A model generated the notes under the pieces. The model saw only the letters and a program-made list of their open reading frames with translations, ran no database searches and was not told the origin of the DNA. Both the position numbers and the translations under genes were made by a program. Positions 34,800 to 35,379 of a stretch of DNA of 35,379 bases are shown piece after piece. The stretch is taken from positions 1-35,379 of the forward strand of contig PCSU01000039.1 of assembly GCA_002771355.1 (NCBI GenBank). The letters are read 5' to 3'. Within the stretch, counting starts at the first letter, position 1, and each line of letters begins with the position of its first letter. Source of the DNA: a candidate division WWE3 bacterium CG22_combo_CG10-13_8_21_14_all_39_12 (GTDB lineage: Bacteria; Patescibacteriota; 4484-211; GCA-002791395).

Positions 34800-35378
34800 T
34801 TATAAATCGTTTCCTGTATATGACAAATTAAAACTTTTATTGATGAGCGGAAAATCTGGTACTACATTGTGGGCTCCCGCATGCCCAACTAGAGGCCAAT
34901 TCACCCATGAGGGGTCTCGTGGCGCAACTCTCCCTATGTTGCCATCATTATCGGTAGTGACAAGATAAAGAATTTCTCCACGCCATCCTTCGACTACACT
35001 TAGAGCAACGGCATTCTTCCTAAATATATTACTGCTCTCAGCACACAAAGGTCCATCAGGTAGTACCTTTAATGCCTGTTCGATGAGTTTGATTGATGCG
35101 CGAACCTCCTTGACACGAACACAAAATCTTGCATGCACATCTCCGCTTTGCTCAGTTTCAATTTCAGTAAACCCTAATTCGTTGTATGCCGCGTAAGGAA
35201 AATCAACTCGCGAATCATTTTTAATGCCAACCGCCTTAGCCACAACTCCTGTTGCACCATAGTCCTCTACGATTTTACGTGACAATTCGCCTGTGCCTTT
35301 GAGACGATTAATAAGCGAAGTACTATTTTCGGCTATGTGAATAACTTCGTTAAAATCTTTCAGTATCCTTCCCAACTC
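34800..35378 (-). CDS. 3' part of a hydrogenase-4/HycE-like (Ehr-type) large subunit, NuoD/complex I 49-kDa family; begins outside the window
   Basis: GDVHARF.VR..E, VEGWRGEI, RDPSWVNW, DFPLINKSFNLSYTGNDL terminus. Confidence 0.88.
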   Translation of the reverse strand, partial: ELGRILKDFNEVIHIAENSTSLINRLKGTGELSRKIVEDYGATGVVAKAVGIKNDSRVDFPYAAYNELGFTEIETEQSGDVHARFCVRVKEVRASIKLIEQALKVLPDGPLCAESSNIFRKNAVALSVVEGWRGEILYLVTTDNDGNIGRVAPRDPSWVNWPLVGHAGAHNVVPDFPLINKSFNLSYTGNDL

Positions 35379-35379
35379 T

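Noticed and set aside
1..35379. tRNA, rRNA, tmRNA or SRP genes; alternative genetic code
   Set aside because: No cloverleaf/T-loop or SRP signature in the intergenic gaps by eye (an Infernal scan would be decisive); TGA ends several conserved genes at the expected positions, consistent with code 11.

Overview
AT-rich, gene-dense bacterial chromosome segment in the standard genetic code. Its gene style (split transketolase, LPxSG-anchored P/T-linker surface protein, several GspG-like pilins, SecA tail CPCGSGKKYKNCG..H) suggests Patescibacteria/CPR, probably Microgenomates- or WWE3-like; this is an inference. It is mostly core genome: a non-oxidative pentose-phosphate cluster (rpiB-rpe-LOG-tktN-tktC-pfkB), Ca2+/Na+ antiporter, proS, secA, DUF2207, uppP plus a PAP2 phosphatase, serS, lysS, two greA paralogs, AI-2E permease, miaA, HU, ymdB-rny-recX-MFS-recA, and the 3' end of a Cys-less hydrogenase-4-like (Ehr) large subunit. 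I found no rRNA, tRNA, CRISPR array, integrase or transposase. Most notable: (1) LysRS fused to a C-terminal HD hydrolase domain; (2) an unannotated 24-aa histone-H1-like peptide gene with its own promoter and strong SD; (3) a 41-bp palindromic element present twice in inverted orientation around the pilin-pilin-PAP2-uppP block; (4) tandem GreA paralogs, one with an altered acidic tip; (5) widespread apparently leaderless genes, with strong SD sites seen only at a few small genes; (6) an RNase Y with no membrane anchor.
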